Positions 1-9,136 of a stretch of DNA of 32,000 nucleotides are shown one piece after another. The notes under the pieces were generated by a model. That model was not told the origin of the DNA and made no database searches. It saw only the letters and a list, made by a program, of their open reading frames with translations. The stretch comes from Patescibacteria group bacterium (lineage in GTDB: Bacteria > Patescibacteriota > Patescibacteriia > 2-01-FULL-39-33): NCBI GenBank assembly GCA_041662745.1, contig JBAZRV010000002.1, forward strand, positions 30,001 to 62,000, in the 5' to 3' direction. A program made the position numbers and the translations under genes. Each line of letters begins with the position of its first letter. The first letter of the stretch is position 1.

Positions 1-1
1 G

Positions 2-1006
2 CCGGGCAAGGGCAGTAACGTCCATTATCAGGAAGAGCGCCTTAAAGAGTATATTGATCAAGAAGGAATCCCTTATGAAGATGTGATTGTTTCTTGTTTT
101 GATATTGAAACCCTGCCTCATCCCCAGTATTTCGCCTATTTGACTTATAAATATTTAACTCATCCTAATCCGACCCATGCCAGTTATCAGCCATTAGTGC
201 TTTATAATAATAATATTTGGGAGTCTAATCCGATCATTCGCGTAGTGGCTTCAGCCACGACTTTTTGGCTATTGACTGATATGTCGCGCCCGGAGCGCTT
301 GTTGACCTTTTCCAGCCATTCCATGAGTTTTAAAATGATTGTTGATGTCGGCGGTCATGAAAAGACAATTGTTTCTGAAGATTCGCGCATTTGTCTGCAG
401 GCCGTAGATCATTACAATGGCGATTATGAAGTGGTGCCTATGTTTATTACCGTATCTATGGACACTGTCTATATTGGAAAGTTTTGGCAGTCCTTGGGCA
501 ATCAGTATAAGCAAATGCGACGGTGGGCTTGGGGCGTAGAGCATTTCCCTTGGATGTGGGATCATTTTTTCGGCGCCCATAAAAATACTAAAATTCCCTT
601 GCACGTGCGTTTAAGGTACTTTTGGGTGCAAGCCGAGGGCATGTATTCTTGGGCGACGGCGCCGATATTGATTTTAATTGTCGGCCGTCTGCCCTTAGCG
701 ATGATTTCCGGCGCTGATAAAGCCACGGCTTTTGTCCAGAATGCGCCGATTACTCTTGAAAATTTAATGACTATCGGTATGGTTGGCTTGGTTTTGAACG
801 CGGTCATGTACACCTTTTCTTTGCCGGAACGGCCAAAGCACATGTCAGTTTTTAATTGGCTGATAATGGTTCTGCAGTGGGTATTATTCCCCGTTACCAT
901 GATTATTTTCGGCTCTATTCCGGCCATAGAATCGCAGACCCGCTTATTGCTTGGCGGCAAGTATCGTTTGGGTTTCTGGGTGACGGAAAAGAAATTAACC
1001 AAATAG
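2..1006 (+). CDS. Processive family-2 glycosyltransferase, C-terminal part (5' end lies upstream of the window)
   Basis: The frame is open from base 2, so the GTG at 83 in the ORF track is not the true start. It has the Q-x-x-R-W signature of processive GT2 enzymes (QYKQMRRWAWG), followed by several hydrophobic segments. The stop is TAG 1004-1006, 1 nt before the next ATG. Confidence 0.75.
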   Translation, partial: PGKGSNVHYQEERLKEYIDQEGIPYEDVIVSCFDIETLPHPQYFAYLTYKYLTHPNPTHASYQPLVLYNNNIWESNPIIRVVASATTFWLLTDMSRPERLLTFSSHSMSFKMIVDVGGHEKTIVSEDSRICLQAVDHYNGDYEVVPMFITVSMDTVYIGKFWQSLGNQYKQMRRWAWGVEHFPWMWDHFFGAHKNTKIPLHVRLRYFWVQAEGMYSWATAPILILIVGRLPLAMISGADKATAFVQNAPITLENLMTIGMVGLVLNAVMYTFSLPERPKHMSVFNWLIMVLQWVLFPVTMIIFGSIPAIESQTRLLLGGKYRLGFWVTEKKLTK

Positions 1007-1007
1007 C

Positions 1008-2045
1008 ATGATTAGTCCTAAAGTTACCATAATTATTGTTACCAGAAACAGCCAGCGTTTTATGGCGTCTTGTTTGGATTCAATTTATGCCCAGACTTAT
1101 CGTGATTTCCAGGTTTTGGTGATTGATAATGACAGCCATGACGGCACGGTAGAATTTGTCCGTTCTAATTATCCGCAAACCGTGATGTTCGTCAATAATA
1201 AGAACTCTGGTTTTGCTAAAGCCAACAATCAAGGCATCAGGCTGATTAAGTCGCCGTTTTTTCTATTATGCAATCCGGATATAATTTTGGAACCCGATTG
1301 GCTGGAAAAGATCATGTCCATAGCCGAGTTGGAACAAAACAATGATTGCGCCAGTTTCGGCGGGAAACTGCTTAAGTTAAAATTAATTAATGCGGAAATA
1401 GGCGAAACGGAAAAAACCGAAATCATTGATTCTTGCGGTTTAAAATTCCTCAAAAATCATCGTTTTGTGGAATGGGGGGCCGGTGATCCGGCAGCAGAAT
1501 ACAATCAGGCGCAAGAGGTGTTCGGCCATTCCGGCGCTTTAGTGTTGTTGCGTAAAGAGTCATTGGAACAGGTTGTTATTCAGGATAGGCACCATTATAC
1601 CGGTGATTTTTTGGACAGTAATTTTTTCTTTTATAAAGAAGATGTGGATTTGGCTTGGCGTTTGCGCCTGCAGGGTTTTAGATCGATGTTCATACCCGAG
1701 GCCGTGGCTTATCATTTGCGAACCTTTCCGGCAGCGCAGAATAATCGCTTGGGCGAGGTGGTTGCCAATCGCCGCCAGCAAAATGATCTGGCTCGCTATT
1801 ATTCTTACCGTAATCATTTTTTGGTCTTGCTGGGCAATGAATATTTATCCAATCTAATCATTTATTCGCCGTTCATCGCCTGGTATGAGCTGAAGAAATT
1901 CTGTTATTTGTTGATTTTTGAAATTAGGAATTTAAAAGCGATTGCCGAAGTGATCGGGATGTTGCCCCAAACATTAGCCAAGCGCCGGCAGATTTTTCGA
2001 CGCGCCAAACTTAAGGCCGGAGATATTAGAAAATGGATAAGTTAA
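1008..2045 (+). CDS. Family-2 glycosyltransferase (rhamnosyl/glycosyl transferase-like)
   Basis: The N-terminus VTIIIVTRNSQRFMASCLDSIYAQTYRDFQVLVIDNDSHDGT is a typical GT-A/GT2 nucleotide-sugar binding region with a DxD-like context. The gene is tightly coupled to the upstream GT2. Confidence 0.85.
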   Translation: MISPKVTIIIVTRNSQRFMASCLDSIYAQTYRDFQVLVIDNDSHDGTVEFVRSNYPQTVMFVNNKNSGFAKANNQGIRLIKSPFFLLCNPDIILEPDWLEKIMSIAELEQNNDCASFGGKLLKLKLINAEIGETEKTEIIDSCGLKFLKNHRFVEWGAGDPAAEYNQAQEVFGHSGALVLLRKESLEQVVIQDRHHYTGDFLDSNFFFYKEDVDLAWRLRLQGFRSMFIPEAVAYHLRTFPAAQNNRLGEVVANRRQQNDLARYYSYRNHFLVLLGNEYLSNLIIYSPFIAWYELKKFCYLLIFEIRNLKAIAEVIGMLPQTLAKRRQIFRRAKLKAGDIRKWIS

Positions 2046-2079
2046 TCAGAACGGGCCCTCATTTCTATTAAATTTAATT

Positions 2080-2859
2080 ATGGAGATATCAATAGTCATT
2101 AATAATTATAAAACCCGCGGGTTGCTTAAACAGTGCCTGAAGGGCATATACGCTAATCCGCCCAGCGCAGAGTTTGAAGTTGTGGTGGTTGATAATAATA
2201 GCCAAGACGGCTCGGTAGAGTTAGTTCGGGAGAGCTTTCCCCAAGTCCGCTTAATCGCTTCAGGCAAGAATCTCGGCCACCATAAAGGCAATAATTTGGG
2301 CATCAAAAATTCCGTCGGTAAGTATGTTTTAATCTTGAATACTGATATTGCCGTATCGGCTGGGGCCGTTGATGAGTTGTATGATTTTATGGAAAGCCAG
2401 CCGGAAATCGCTTTAGTCGGTCCGCGATTAAAGAATCCTGACGGTTCCATTCAAATGTCTTGCTTGCGTTTTCCGCATTTATTGACGCCGTTTTACCGCC
2501 GGACAGCGCTGAATCAATTCAAATTTGCACAGGAGGAATTGCGCCGTTATCTGATGGAAGATTTCAATCATAATGAAACGCGGCCGGTGGATTGGATTTT
2601 AGGCGCCTGTGAAATGGTCCGTCGCGGCGCGATTGATCGGGTTGGCGGCATGGATGAAGGCTTATTTTTGTATTTTGGCGATGTAGCTTGGTGTCGAAAG
2701 TTTTGGCAGGCGGGATTGCCGGTATATTATTTTGCCGGCGCCGATATTATTCATTACCATAAGCGCGAGTCAGCCGAGAGCGGAATTTTCTCCAAGATTT
2801 TTTGGATTCATATCAGTGATTGGATCAGATATTTATTGAAATATTATCGCCCCGATTAG
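2080..2859 (+). CDS. Family-2 glycosyltransferase
   Basis: EISIVINNYKTRGLLKQCLKGIY...FEVVVVDNNSQDGS and LNTDI motifs are typical of the GT2 fold. This is the third consecutive GT gene. Confidence 0.85.
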   Translation: MEISIVINNYKTRGLLKQCLKGIYANPPSAEFEVVVVDNNSQDGSVELVRESFPQVRLIASGKNLGHHKGNNLGIKNSVGKYVLILNTDIAVSAGAVDELYDFMESQPEIALVGPRLKNPDGSIQMSCLRFPHLLTPFYRRTALNQFKFAQEELRRYLMEDFNHNETRPVDWILGACEMVRRGAIDRVGGMDEGLFLYFGDVAWCRKFWQAGLPVYYFAGADIIHYHKRESAESGIFSKIFWIHISDWIRYLLKYYRPD

Positions 2860-2905
2860 TTGTTTTATAGTTGTTTTAAATTTTATACTTTTTAGATTTT
2901 ATATT

Positions 2906-4876
2906 ATGTTCTTTAAGAAAAAAAACAAATTGGAGCAGTTGCTTCAAGTGAACCCTTTTAATAAAAAAGCCAAAAGGCGCTGGTGGAAATTTTTGGCGCC
3001 GGCGGTTTTATTGTTGATAATTATTGCCGCCATCATCGTTCCCCTGGCTGTAAACGGCAGTTATATTTATCTCCGACTTGTGGCAATAAATAATCGGGTT
3101 GAACCGATTATGACGGCCGCCACGCAAGGTGATTTTGCCGTTATTGACGCCCAACTGACGGCGATTCGCGATGATTTGGCCGTAGTGCGGGAAAGAACCA
3201 GACAATTAGGGCCGATTTTATGGTGGCCGGCGGTGGCTAAGACTGCGCGTACCGGAGATAAAATGATGTTGGCAACCGGCGATCTGCTTGCCGGCTATCA
3301 GGAAATGCTGTCGGTTTTTTCCGATTTGTCTTTGCAGACCCAGGAACAGAGGGTGGTATTTGATTTCTCGGCCAAGGAATCCAAACGTCAATTGTTGGCT
3401 TCCATCGTTAAGAACAGGAATAAATTGGAAGAAGCGAGAAATAAAATAGTTTTAGCTAAGGCCGGATTGAATTCGGTCAATACTGATGATTTGACCGGTA
3501 TCTTCCAAAACAAGGTGGCCGCCGCCAACCGTTTATTGTCTGAGGCGGTAGAACAAAGCGAAGTGGCTTTGCCGTTATTCAAGTATCTGCCGGAGTTAGC
3601 CGGTTACAATCAAGAAAAAAATTATTTGATTTTGTTTGAAAATAATACCGAACTCAGGCCGACCGGAGGATTTATCGGCAGCTACGGCTTAGTAACCGTT
3701 AAGGACGGCGATATTATCGCTATGCATACTGATGATATTTATAATCTTGATAAGTGGTCCAAAGATAAGTTACAAGTCCCGGCGCCTTGGCCCATGACTG
3801 CTTACAATGCTCAGAAATATTTGTTTTTGCGCGATGCCAATTGGTCGCCGGATTGGCCGACTTCGGCTCGGCAGATTGAATGGTTTTGGAACGTGGAGCG
3901 GGCTAATGCCGGCTTAGCGCCGGTTCACCTTGATGGCATCATTGCCATCACGCCGGAATTCATCGCTAATTTTTTGGCGGTTACCGGGCCGATTACCGCC
4001 GACGGCATTACTTTCACTAGCGACAACTTTACTTATCAATTGGAACAGCAAGTGGAATTTGCTTATGCCGCGAGAGGCATTGACCTGGCTAATCGTAAAG
4101 ATATCATCGGTGATTTAACCAAGGATATCATCGCCCGTATTACCAAGGCTAAGGCCGCCGAGTTATTCCAAGTCTGGCTGGCTATGAAAAAGAATATAGA
4201 CGAGAAGCAGGTTTTGGCGTATATGACTGATCCGCAACTGCAGACCTATTTGGCGCAAGAAAACTGGTCGGGGGAGATGAAGCAAGGCGAAGGCGATTAT
4301 TTGTATATTGTTGACGCTAATTTGGCGGCGTTAAAAACCGACCAAGTAATGAAGCGGGCGATAACTTATAGCGTCACTCCTGATGTTAACGGCGATTTGC
4401 TGGCTAAGGTGGAAATCAATTATCAACACACCGGCCGATCGGTTCCGGCCTTGATTACTAATTATCGCAGTTATACCAGAGTGTATGTGCCGGAAGGCAG
4501 CTGGTTCACCAAAGCGTATTTTAAGGATAGCAAGGGCACGCAGGATTTATCGTTAGACAAGGAAGTGGAAATTAAAAATGAGTTGGGCAAGCGTTACTTA
4601 GGTGTTTTTTTGACCGTTAACCAGGGGTCTGATAAAACTTTGGTTTTGGAATATCGGTTGTCTCCGGAGGTAAAGCAATTGGCTCAAGACGGCCTGTACA
4701 AATTAAGTGTTCAGAAGCAACCGGGCACGCCTGGACATAAACTCAAAATTGATTTAAAATTTGACCAGCGCATTACCGCTTATTATTCCAAAATCATGCC
4801 TCAAAGGGTATTGGGTCAAAGTTTGCTTTGGGACACTGATTTATCGGTTGATCGCGATTTTATTATAAAGTTTTAG
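2906..4876 (+). CDS. Membrane-anchored DUF4012-type protein
   Basis: It has an N-terminal TM segment (WWKFLAPAVLLLIIIAAIIVPLAV). It also has the ELRPTGGFIGSYG motif that I recognise as the DUF4012 core, a family usually found next to glycosyltransferase clusters. Confidence 0.7.
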   Translation: MFFKKKNKLEQLLQVNPFNKKAKRRWWKFLAPAVLLLIIIAAIIVPLAVNGSYIYLRLVAINNRVEPIMTAATQGDFAVIDAQLTAIRDDLAVVRERTRQLGPILWWPAVAKTARTGDKMMLATGDLLAGYQEMLSVFSDLSLQTQEQRVVFDFSAKESKRQLLASIVKNRNKLEEARNKIVLAKAGLNSVNTDDLTGIFQNKVAAANRLLSEAVEQSEVALPLFKYLPELAGYNQEKNYLILFENNTELRPTGGFIGSYGLVTVKDGDIIAMHTDDIYNLDKWSKDKLQVPAPWPMTAYNAQKYLFLRDANWSPDWPTSARQIEWFWNVERANAGLAPVHLDGIIAITPEFIANFLAVTGPITADGITFTSDNFTYQLEQQVEFAYAARGIDLANRKDIIGDLTKDIIARITKAKAAELFQVWLAMKKNIDEKQVLAYMTDPQLQTYLAQENWSGEMKQGEGDYLYIVDANLAALKTDQVMKRAITYSVTPDVNGDLLAKVEINYQHTGRSVPALITNYRSYTRVYVPEGSWFTKAYFKDSKGTQDLSLDKEVEIKNELGKRYLGVFLTVNQGSDKTLVLEYRLSPEVKQLAQDGLYKLSVQKQPGTPGHKLKIDLKFDQRITAYYSKIMPQRVLGQSLLWDTDLSVDRDFIIKF

Positions 4877-4896
4877 GAGGGTTATCATAGATTATT

Positions 4897-5901
4897 ATGG
4901 CTAAAAAAATCGGTATTGATTTGGGTACGACTAATATTTTGGTTTATGTGCCCAAGAAGGGAGTGGTGATAAATGAGCCCTCAGTGGTGGCGATTTCCGC
5001 CTTGGACCGCAAAGTTATTGCTGTCGGCATTGAAGCCAAAGAAATGTTGGGACGTACGCCGGATACGATTATCGCCCAACGGCCTTTGCGCGATGGCGTG
5101 ATCGCCGATTATAAGACTACCGAGGCCATGCTCAGGTATTTTATTAATAAAGCTTTGGGCGGCATTCGCTTGCTTCGTCCGGAGGTGATGATAGCCGTTC
5201 CTGCCGGCATTACTTCCACTGAACGGCGCGCCGTAGTGGACGCGGCTATCGCCGCCGGCGCTAAGGCCGCTTATATTATTAAAGAGCCGATCGTCGCCGC
5301 TATCGGCGCTAACATTCCGATCGGTTCTCCGTCCGGCCATATGATTATTGATATCGGCGGCGGCACTTCCGAAATCGCAGTTATTTCTTTAGGCGGCGTG
5401 GTAACTTCCACTTCGGTCAGAATCGGCGGTACGCGATTGGATACGGCGATCATTGAATATGTCAGGCGCAAGTATGGCATGGCTATAGGCGAACGCACAG
5501 CCGAGGAAATCAAGATCAATATCGGTTCGGCCTTATATTTGAAAGAGAAAATGTATATGGATGTGCGCGGTCGCGATATTATTGCCGGCTTGCCCAAGAC
5601 CATTCGCATTTCCTCCGATGATACGACTGAGGCCATTCAGAGCGAACTGGAAGGCATTGTGGCGGCTATTAAAGCAGTACTAAGCGAGACGCCGCCGGAA
5701 TTGTCGGCCGATGTAACGGTGAATGGCATTACTATGTCAGGCGGTACGAGCTTGCTGCGTAACATTGATAAATTAATCACCCAAGCAACCGGCATTAAGG
5801 CTTATGTAGCCGAAGATGCGCTGTATTGCGTGGCCAAGGGCACGGGCATCGCGTTGGAGAATTTAGACAGCTACAAGAGGAGCATCTTGGCGACAAAATA
5901 A
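4897..5901 (+). CDS. mreB: Rod-shape-determining actin homolog MreB (canonical motifs)
   Basis: IGIDLGTTNILVY (phosphate 1), IIDIGGGTSEIAVISLGG (phosphate 2) and MSGGTSLLRNIDKLI (adenosine motif) are present. The full length of 334 aa is typical. Confidence 0.92.
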   Translation: MAKKIGIDLGTTNILVYVPKKGVVINEPSVVAISALDRKVIAVGIEAKEMLGRTPDTIIAQRPLRDGVIADYKTTEAMLRYFINKALGGIRLLRPEVMIAVPAGITSTERRAVVDAAIAAGAKAAYIIKEPIVAAIGANIPIGSPSGHMIIDIGGGTSEIAVISLGGVVTSTSVRIGGTRLDTAIIEYVRRKYGMAIGERTAEEIKINIGSALYLKEKMYMDVRGRDIIAGLPKTIRISSDDTTEAIQSELEGIVAAIKAVLSETPPELSADVTVNGITMSGGTSLLRNIDKLITQATGIKAYVAEDALYCVAKGTGIALENLDSYKRSILATK

Positions 5902-5942
5902 GGCGTTAGCAATTAATTAATAGTAATTTTGACAAAATAAAA

Positions 5943-5967
5943 TCCCGCAGCCGGAAGGCTTGCGGGA
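5943..5967 (-). terminator. Intrinsic terminator hairpin, with its T-run on the - strand
   Basis: tcccgcagcc-ggaa-ggcttgcggga forms a stem of 7+3 bp with one bulge. On the - strand it is followed by attttattttg. It lies 31 nt downstream of the - strand ORF ending at 5998 and 42 nt after the mreB stop. Confidence 0.6.
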
Positions 5968-5997
5968 CGTAAGGTGCTGAAATGCTGCCTGCGGAGC

Positions 5998-6228
5998 TCA
6001 GCGATAAACTACGATGCGTTTTAGCTGAGTAAATGGCGGGTGATTATTTGTTTCTTGATCGGTTATTAAAGTAATTGCTTCGGACTTAACCGCTAAGGCA
6101 TTGCTCAATAAATCCATTTGTTTTATCGCCCATGCTTCTTGCCCTGGAAGAGTGCAATCGTAGACGACTATCAGTGTCTTGACTTTAAGCGGTTCAGGTT
6201 TTTTGTTCTCGGCTTTATCCTGCTCCAT
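5998..6228 (-). CDS. Hypothetical 76-aa protein
   Basis: A strong SD (caAGGAGGGagcaagcc-ATG) sits 8 nt upstream. The gene follows the 158-aa ORF after 27 nt. The stop is TGA. I recognise no motif. Confidence 0.5.
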   Translation of the reverse strand: MEQDKAENKKPEPLKVKTLIVVYDCTLPGQEAWAIKQMDLLSNALAVKSEAITLITDQETNNHPPFTQLKRIVVYR

Positions 6229-6255
6229 GGCTTGCTCCCTCCTTGTTTGGTAAAA

Positions 6256-6732
6256 TTAATTAGGACTATTGGAAGTTGCTTCAATCATGTCGGGTGGGTC
6301 GGACGGAATGTCGGGTGGCAGGGGGCCAGGTTTGAGCTCTTTTGAGAGGTCAACCGGTTGATCCAATCGGCAATTAATAGTTTTGATGGCAGTAACGATT
6401 TTCTTAACGGCTTTATCCTTGTCAAGTTCGGGAATGCGGTTGAGAAAGCACCATCGGGCGATTGCCTCTTCCATCCCTATTGTGCAATCTTTCGAAGGAT
6501 TAAGCAGTTGGTCAATTTGCATCAGTGTTACCCTCTCCCCCTTGACCAGCTTATCAATCGTAGGGACGTTTGCCGTAAGGTATCCATTGTTGCTTTTTGT
6601 TGGACCAATCACTGAAATGTAAATCAGCAGAAAACATGTCATGCCTATGATCACAATTACAGTGGAAAAACGTAAGACCCAGAAAAAAACATCTTTCATA
6701 AGACTTTTCAGCTCCTTCGTGTAATTTTTCAT
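6256..6732 (-). CDS. Hypothetical N-terminally membrane-anchored 158-aa protein with a Pro-rich C-terminus
   Basis: It has a strong SD (ctaAAGGAGGTaaatacc-ATG), one hydrophobic helix (VFFWVLRFSTVIVIIGMTCFLLIYISVIG) and a C-terminal PGPLPPDIPSDPPD stretch. I recognise no family. Confidence 0.55.
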   Translation of the reverse strand: MKNYTKELKSLMKDVFFWVLRFSTVIVIIGMTCFLLIYISVIGPTKSNNGYLTANVPTIDKLVKGERVTLMQIDQLLNPSKDCTIGMEEAIARWCFLNRIPELDKDKAVKKIVTAIKTINCRLDQPVDLSKELKPGPLPPDIPSDPPDMIEATSNSPN

Positions 6733-6745
6733 GGTATTTACCTCC

Positions 6746-6776
6746 TTTAGCGGTTTGGATTTTTAGCGGTCGGATT
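6746..6776 (-). repeat. Contiguous tandem 16/15-nt direct repeat in the 5' leader of the 6732 operon
   Basis: + strand TTTAGCGGTTTGGATT (6746-6761) is followed directly by TTTAGCGGTCGGATT (6762-6776). In gene sense this reads AATCCGACCGCTAAA AATCCAAACCGCTAAA and runs straight into the SD. Confidence 0.6.
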
Positions 6777-6835
6777 AATTTAGAATTGATTTATTGTGAA
6801 AGGTGCTTGTTTTTATCCTTTTACGATTATATCAC

Positions 6836-6864
6836 ATCATAATCTCTTTAAACTTATTTGTCAA
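6836..6864 (-). promoter_or_regulatory. Sigma70-like promoter for the 6732-5998 operon
   Basis: On the - strand: TTGACA (rc of 6859-6864), a 17 nt spacer, then TATGAT (rc of 6836-6841). The predicted leader is about 95 nt. Confidence 0.5.
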
Positions 6865-6921
6865 TATCTTTTTAATTTTGTTCGCAGTTAATTTATAGTA
6901 TTTATCTAAATTTACATATTT

Positions 6922-8061
6922 ATGACAATCGGCATTGACGCATCGCGCGCCAATAAAAATGATAAAACCGGCACCGAATGGTATAGCTGGCATTTGATTC
7001 AGGAATTAAAGAAGATCGTTCCTGTCGATATTAAGGTTGTTTTGTACGCCAATGAGAAGCTTAGCGGGGAATTGGGCGGTTTGCCTCAGAACTGGCAAAT
7101 TAGGGTTTTGTCTTGGCCGCCTAAATATTTATGGACGCAATTGCGTTTGTGGTGGGAATTGCAGATCAATCCGCCAGACGTGCTGTTGGTACCGGCGCAT
7201 ACCATTCCGCTTCTGCCCATTCCGCGTTCAATCAAAGTCGCGGTTAATGTTCATGATGTCGGCTTCAAACGCAGTCCGGAATTATACAAGCCGATCCAGG
7301 TTTGGTATCACGATCTTACCATGTGGCGCATCAAGGCGCGCGCCGATTTGATCATTACTATCTCCAAGTTTTCTCAAGAAGAGATTATTGAGCTTTATGG
7401 CGTCCGGCCGGAGAAAATCAAGGTGGTTTATTTGGGGTTTGATGCCGAGCAATTTCATTTGAATAATCAAGAGCGGGAACCGGATCAAGCGGCCGTCCTG
7501 CAGAAATACAATATCGCTAAGCCTTATTTGTTTTATGTCGGCCGGCTGGAAAAGAAAAAGAATATCGGCAATATCGTTAAAGCTTTTGCCTTAGCCAAAA
7601 TGAAGCGGGAAGATCTGAAATTGGTTTTGGCCGGCGCGTCCGGCAATCAGTATGAGGAAATAAAGAATATCATTAGCGCCGATAAATTGGAAAGCGAAGT
7701 GATTTTGACCGGCTACATTGATAATGAGGATCTGCCGACGATTTATGGCAACGCTTCCGTTTTTGTTTTCCCTACTTTGTATGAGGGGTTCGGTTTGCCG
7801 ATTTTAGAGGCTATGGCCTCGGGTACGCCGGTTGTTACTTCCGATCAGTCGCCCCATACGGAGGTCGGCGGTTCAGCCGTACTGTACGCCAGACCGAATT
7901 CGGCTGATGATATCGCCGATAAGATAATCAAGCTTTTGATTGATGATAATTTGCGCCAAGAGATGATCGGCCGCGGATTCAATCGAGCCAAGGAATTTTC
8001 CTGGCGCCAAACCGCGACAGAAGTTTATCAAGCGATTAAGAGTTTAGCCAACAATTATTAA
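6922..8061 (+). CDS. Family-4 (GT-B, group 1) glycosyltransferase
   Basis: The C-terminal FPTLYEGFGLPILEAMASGTPVVTS (E-x7-E region) and YVGRLEKKKN are typical of GT4 enzymes. Confidence 0.85.
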   Translation: MTIGIDASRANKNDKTGTEWYSWHLIQELKKIVPVDIKVVLYANEKLSGELGGLPQNWQIRVLSWPPKYLWTQLRLWWELQINPPDVLLVPAHTIPLLPIPRSIKVAVNVHDVGFKRSPELYKPIQVWYHDLTMWRIKARADLIITISKFSQEEIIELYGVRPEKIKVVYLGFDAEQFHLNNQEREPDQAAVLQKYNIAKPYLFYVGRLEKKKNIGNIVKAFALAKMKREDLKLVLAGASGNQYEEIKNIISADKLESEVILTGYIDNEDLPTIYGNASVFVFPTLYEGFGLPILEAMASGTPVVTSDQSPHTEVGGSAVLYARPNSADDIADKIIKLLIDDNLRQEMIGRGFNRAKEFSWRQTATEVYQAIKSLANNY

Positions 8062-8083
8062 TTATCAATCCAATTATAAATAT

Positions 8084-9055
8084 ATGAAACCCATTCTCCT
8101 TTCCGGCGTTAAGCCGACCAATCGCGTCCATATCGGTAATTATTTCGGTGCCATGAAACAATTTGTGGATTTGCAGGATGATTACCGCAATTATATTTTT
8201 ATTGCCGACTATCATGCCCTGAATCAACTCAAAGACGCTAAAGAACTCAGTGCTTACAGTTGGGAGCTGATTATCAGTTATTTGTCCATCGGCCTTGACC
8301 CCAAGAAAACCGTATTGTTTAAGCAATCGGATGCGCCTCAAGTGTGCGAGCTGCAATGGATTTTTAATTGTCTTTTGCCCTTGCCGTATCTGCAACGCGC
8401 TCATGCTTACAAGGACGCGGTGGCCAAGAAGCGGGAAGTGAATATGGGTTTGTTCTGTTATCCGGTCCTGATGGCCGCAGATATCTTAATGTATGACGCC
8501 GACGTGGTGCCGGTGGGTGAGGACCAAAAACAGCATTTGGAAATGGCGATTGATCTGGCTAATAAGTTTAACCATCAGTGGGGCGAGACGTTTAAGGCGC
8601 CTCAGCCCTTGATTATGAAAGAAATGCTGATTATCGGCACGGATGGCGACAAGATGTCCAAGAGCAAGAACAATATTATTGAATTATTCGAGCCGGAGGA
8701 GTCCCTAAAGAAAAAAGTCATGTCCATTAAGACTGACTCCAAAGGCGTTACTGATAAAAAAGATCCGGAAGCGGACAATGTGTTTGCTTTTCATAAGCTG
8801 TTTTCCCAGCCCAGGCTGGAGGAATTAAGGCAGAGGTATGAGGAGGGCGGCATTGGTTATAAGGAATCCAAAGAGATTTTGCTGAATAACATTCTGGAAT
8901 ATACGGCGCCGTTTAGAAAGAGGCGAGCGGAGTTATTGAAAGACAAAAATTATGTCCTCGGCATTTTGGAGGATGGCGCTAAGCGGGCCGACAAAGCGGC
9001 GGAAGCCAAGATGGAAAAAGTCAGACGCGCCATTGGCGTCAAATCAACCGGATAA
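8084..9055 (+). CDS. trpS: Tryptophanyl-tRNA synthetase
   Basis: It has the class I HIGH-type motif (PTNRVHIGNYFGA), VPVGEDQKQHLEMAIDLANKFN and KMSKS. The length is 323 aa. Confidence 0.93.
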   Translation: MKPILLSGVKPTNRVHIGNYFGAMKQFVDLQDDYRNYIFIADYHALNQLKDAKELSAYSWELIISYLSIGLDPKKTVLFKQSDAPQVCELQWIFNCLLPLPYLQRAHAYKDAVAKKREVNMGLFCYPVLMAADILMYDADVVPVGEDQKQHLEMAIDLANKFNHQWGETFKAPQPLIMKEMLIIGTDGDKMSKSKNNIIELFEPEESLKKKVMSIKTDSKGVTDKKDPEADNVFAFHKLFSQPRLEELRQRYEEGGIGYKESKEILLNNILEYTAPFRKRRAELLKDKNYVLGILEDGAKRADKAAEAKMEKVRRAIGVKSTG

Positions 9056-9121
9056 CTTTGATTAAGTCAGACGCCGTTGTTTGTTTATTAGTAGCAATAA
9101 AGTGAAAATTGACTGGAATTA

Positions 9122-9130
9122 TGTTATAAT
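9122..9130 (+). promoter_or_regulatory. Extended -10 element (TGtTATAAT) ending 6 nt before the holB ATG
   Basis: TGTTATAAT lies at 9122-9130 and the ATG at 9137. No acceptable -35 is present: the nearby TTGACT is only 10 nt away. Confidence 0.3.
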
Positions 9131-9136
9131 CGGCTT

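Noticed and set aside
562-1002. A 146-aa - strand ORF, plus other antisense or alternative-frame ORFs listed across the GT, mreB, frr, rseP, proS and aspS genes.
   Set aside because: All are nested in well-supported genes, lack initiation signals and have no recognisable motifs, so I treat them as shadow ORFs.
9109-9130. TTGACT followed by TATAAT upstream of holB (and the same pair at 14771-14791 upstream of proS) looked like consensus promoters.
   Set aside because: The spacers are only 10 and 9 nt, far from the 16-18 nt required, so the TTGACT hexamers cannot act as -35 boxes for these -10 elements. Only the -10 elements are retained as weak candidates.
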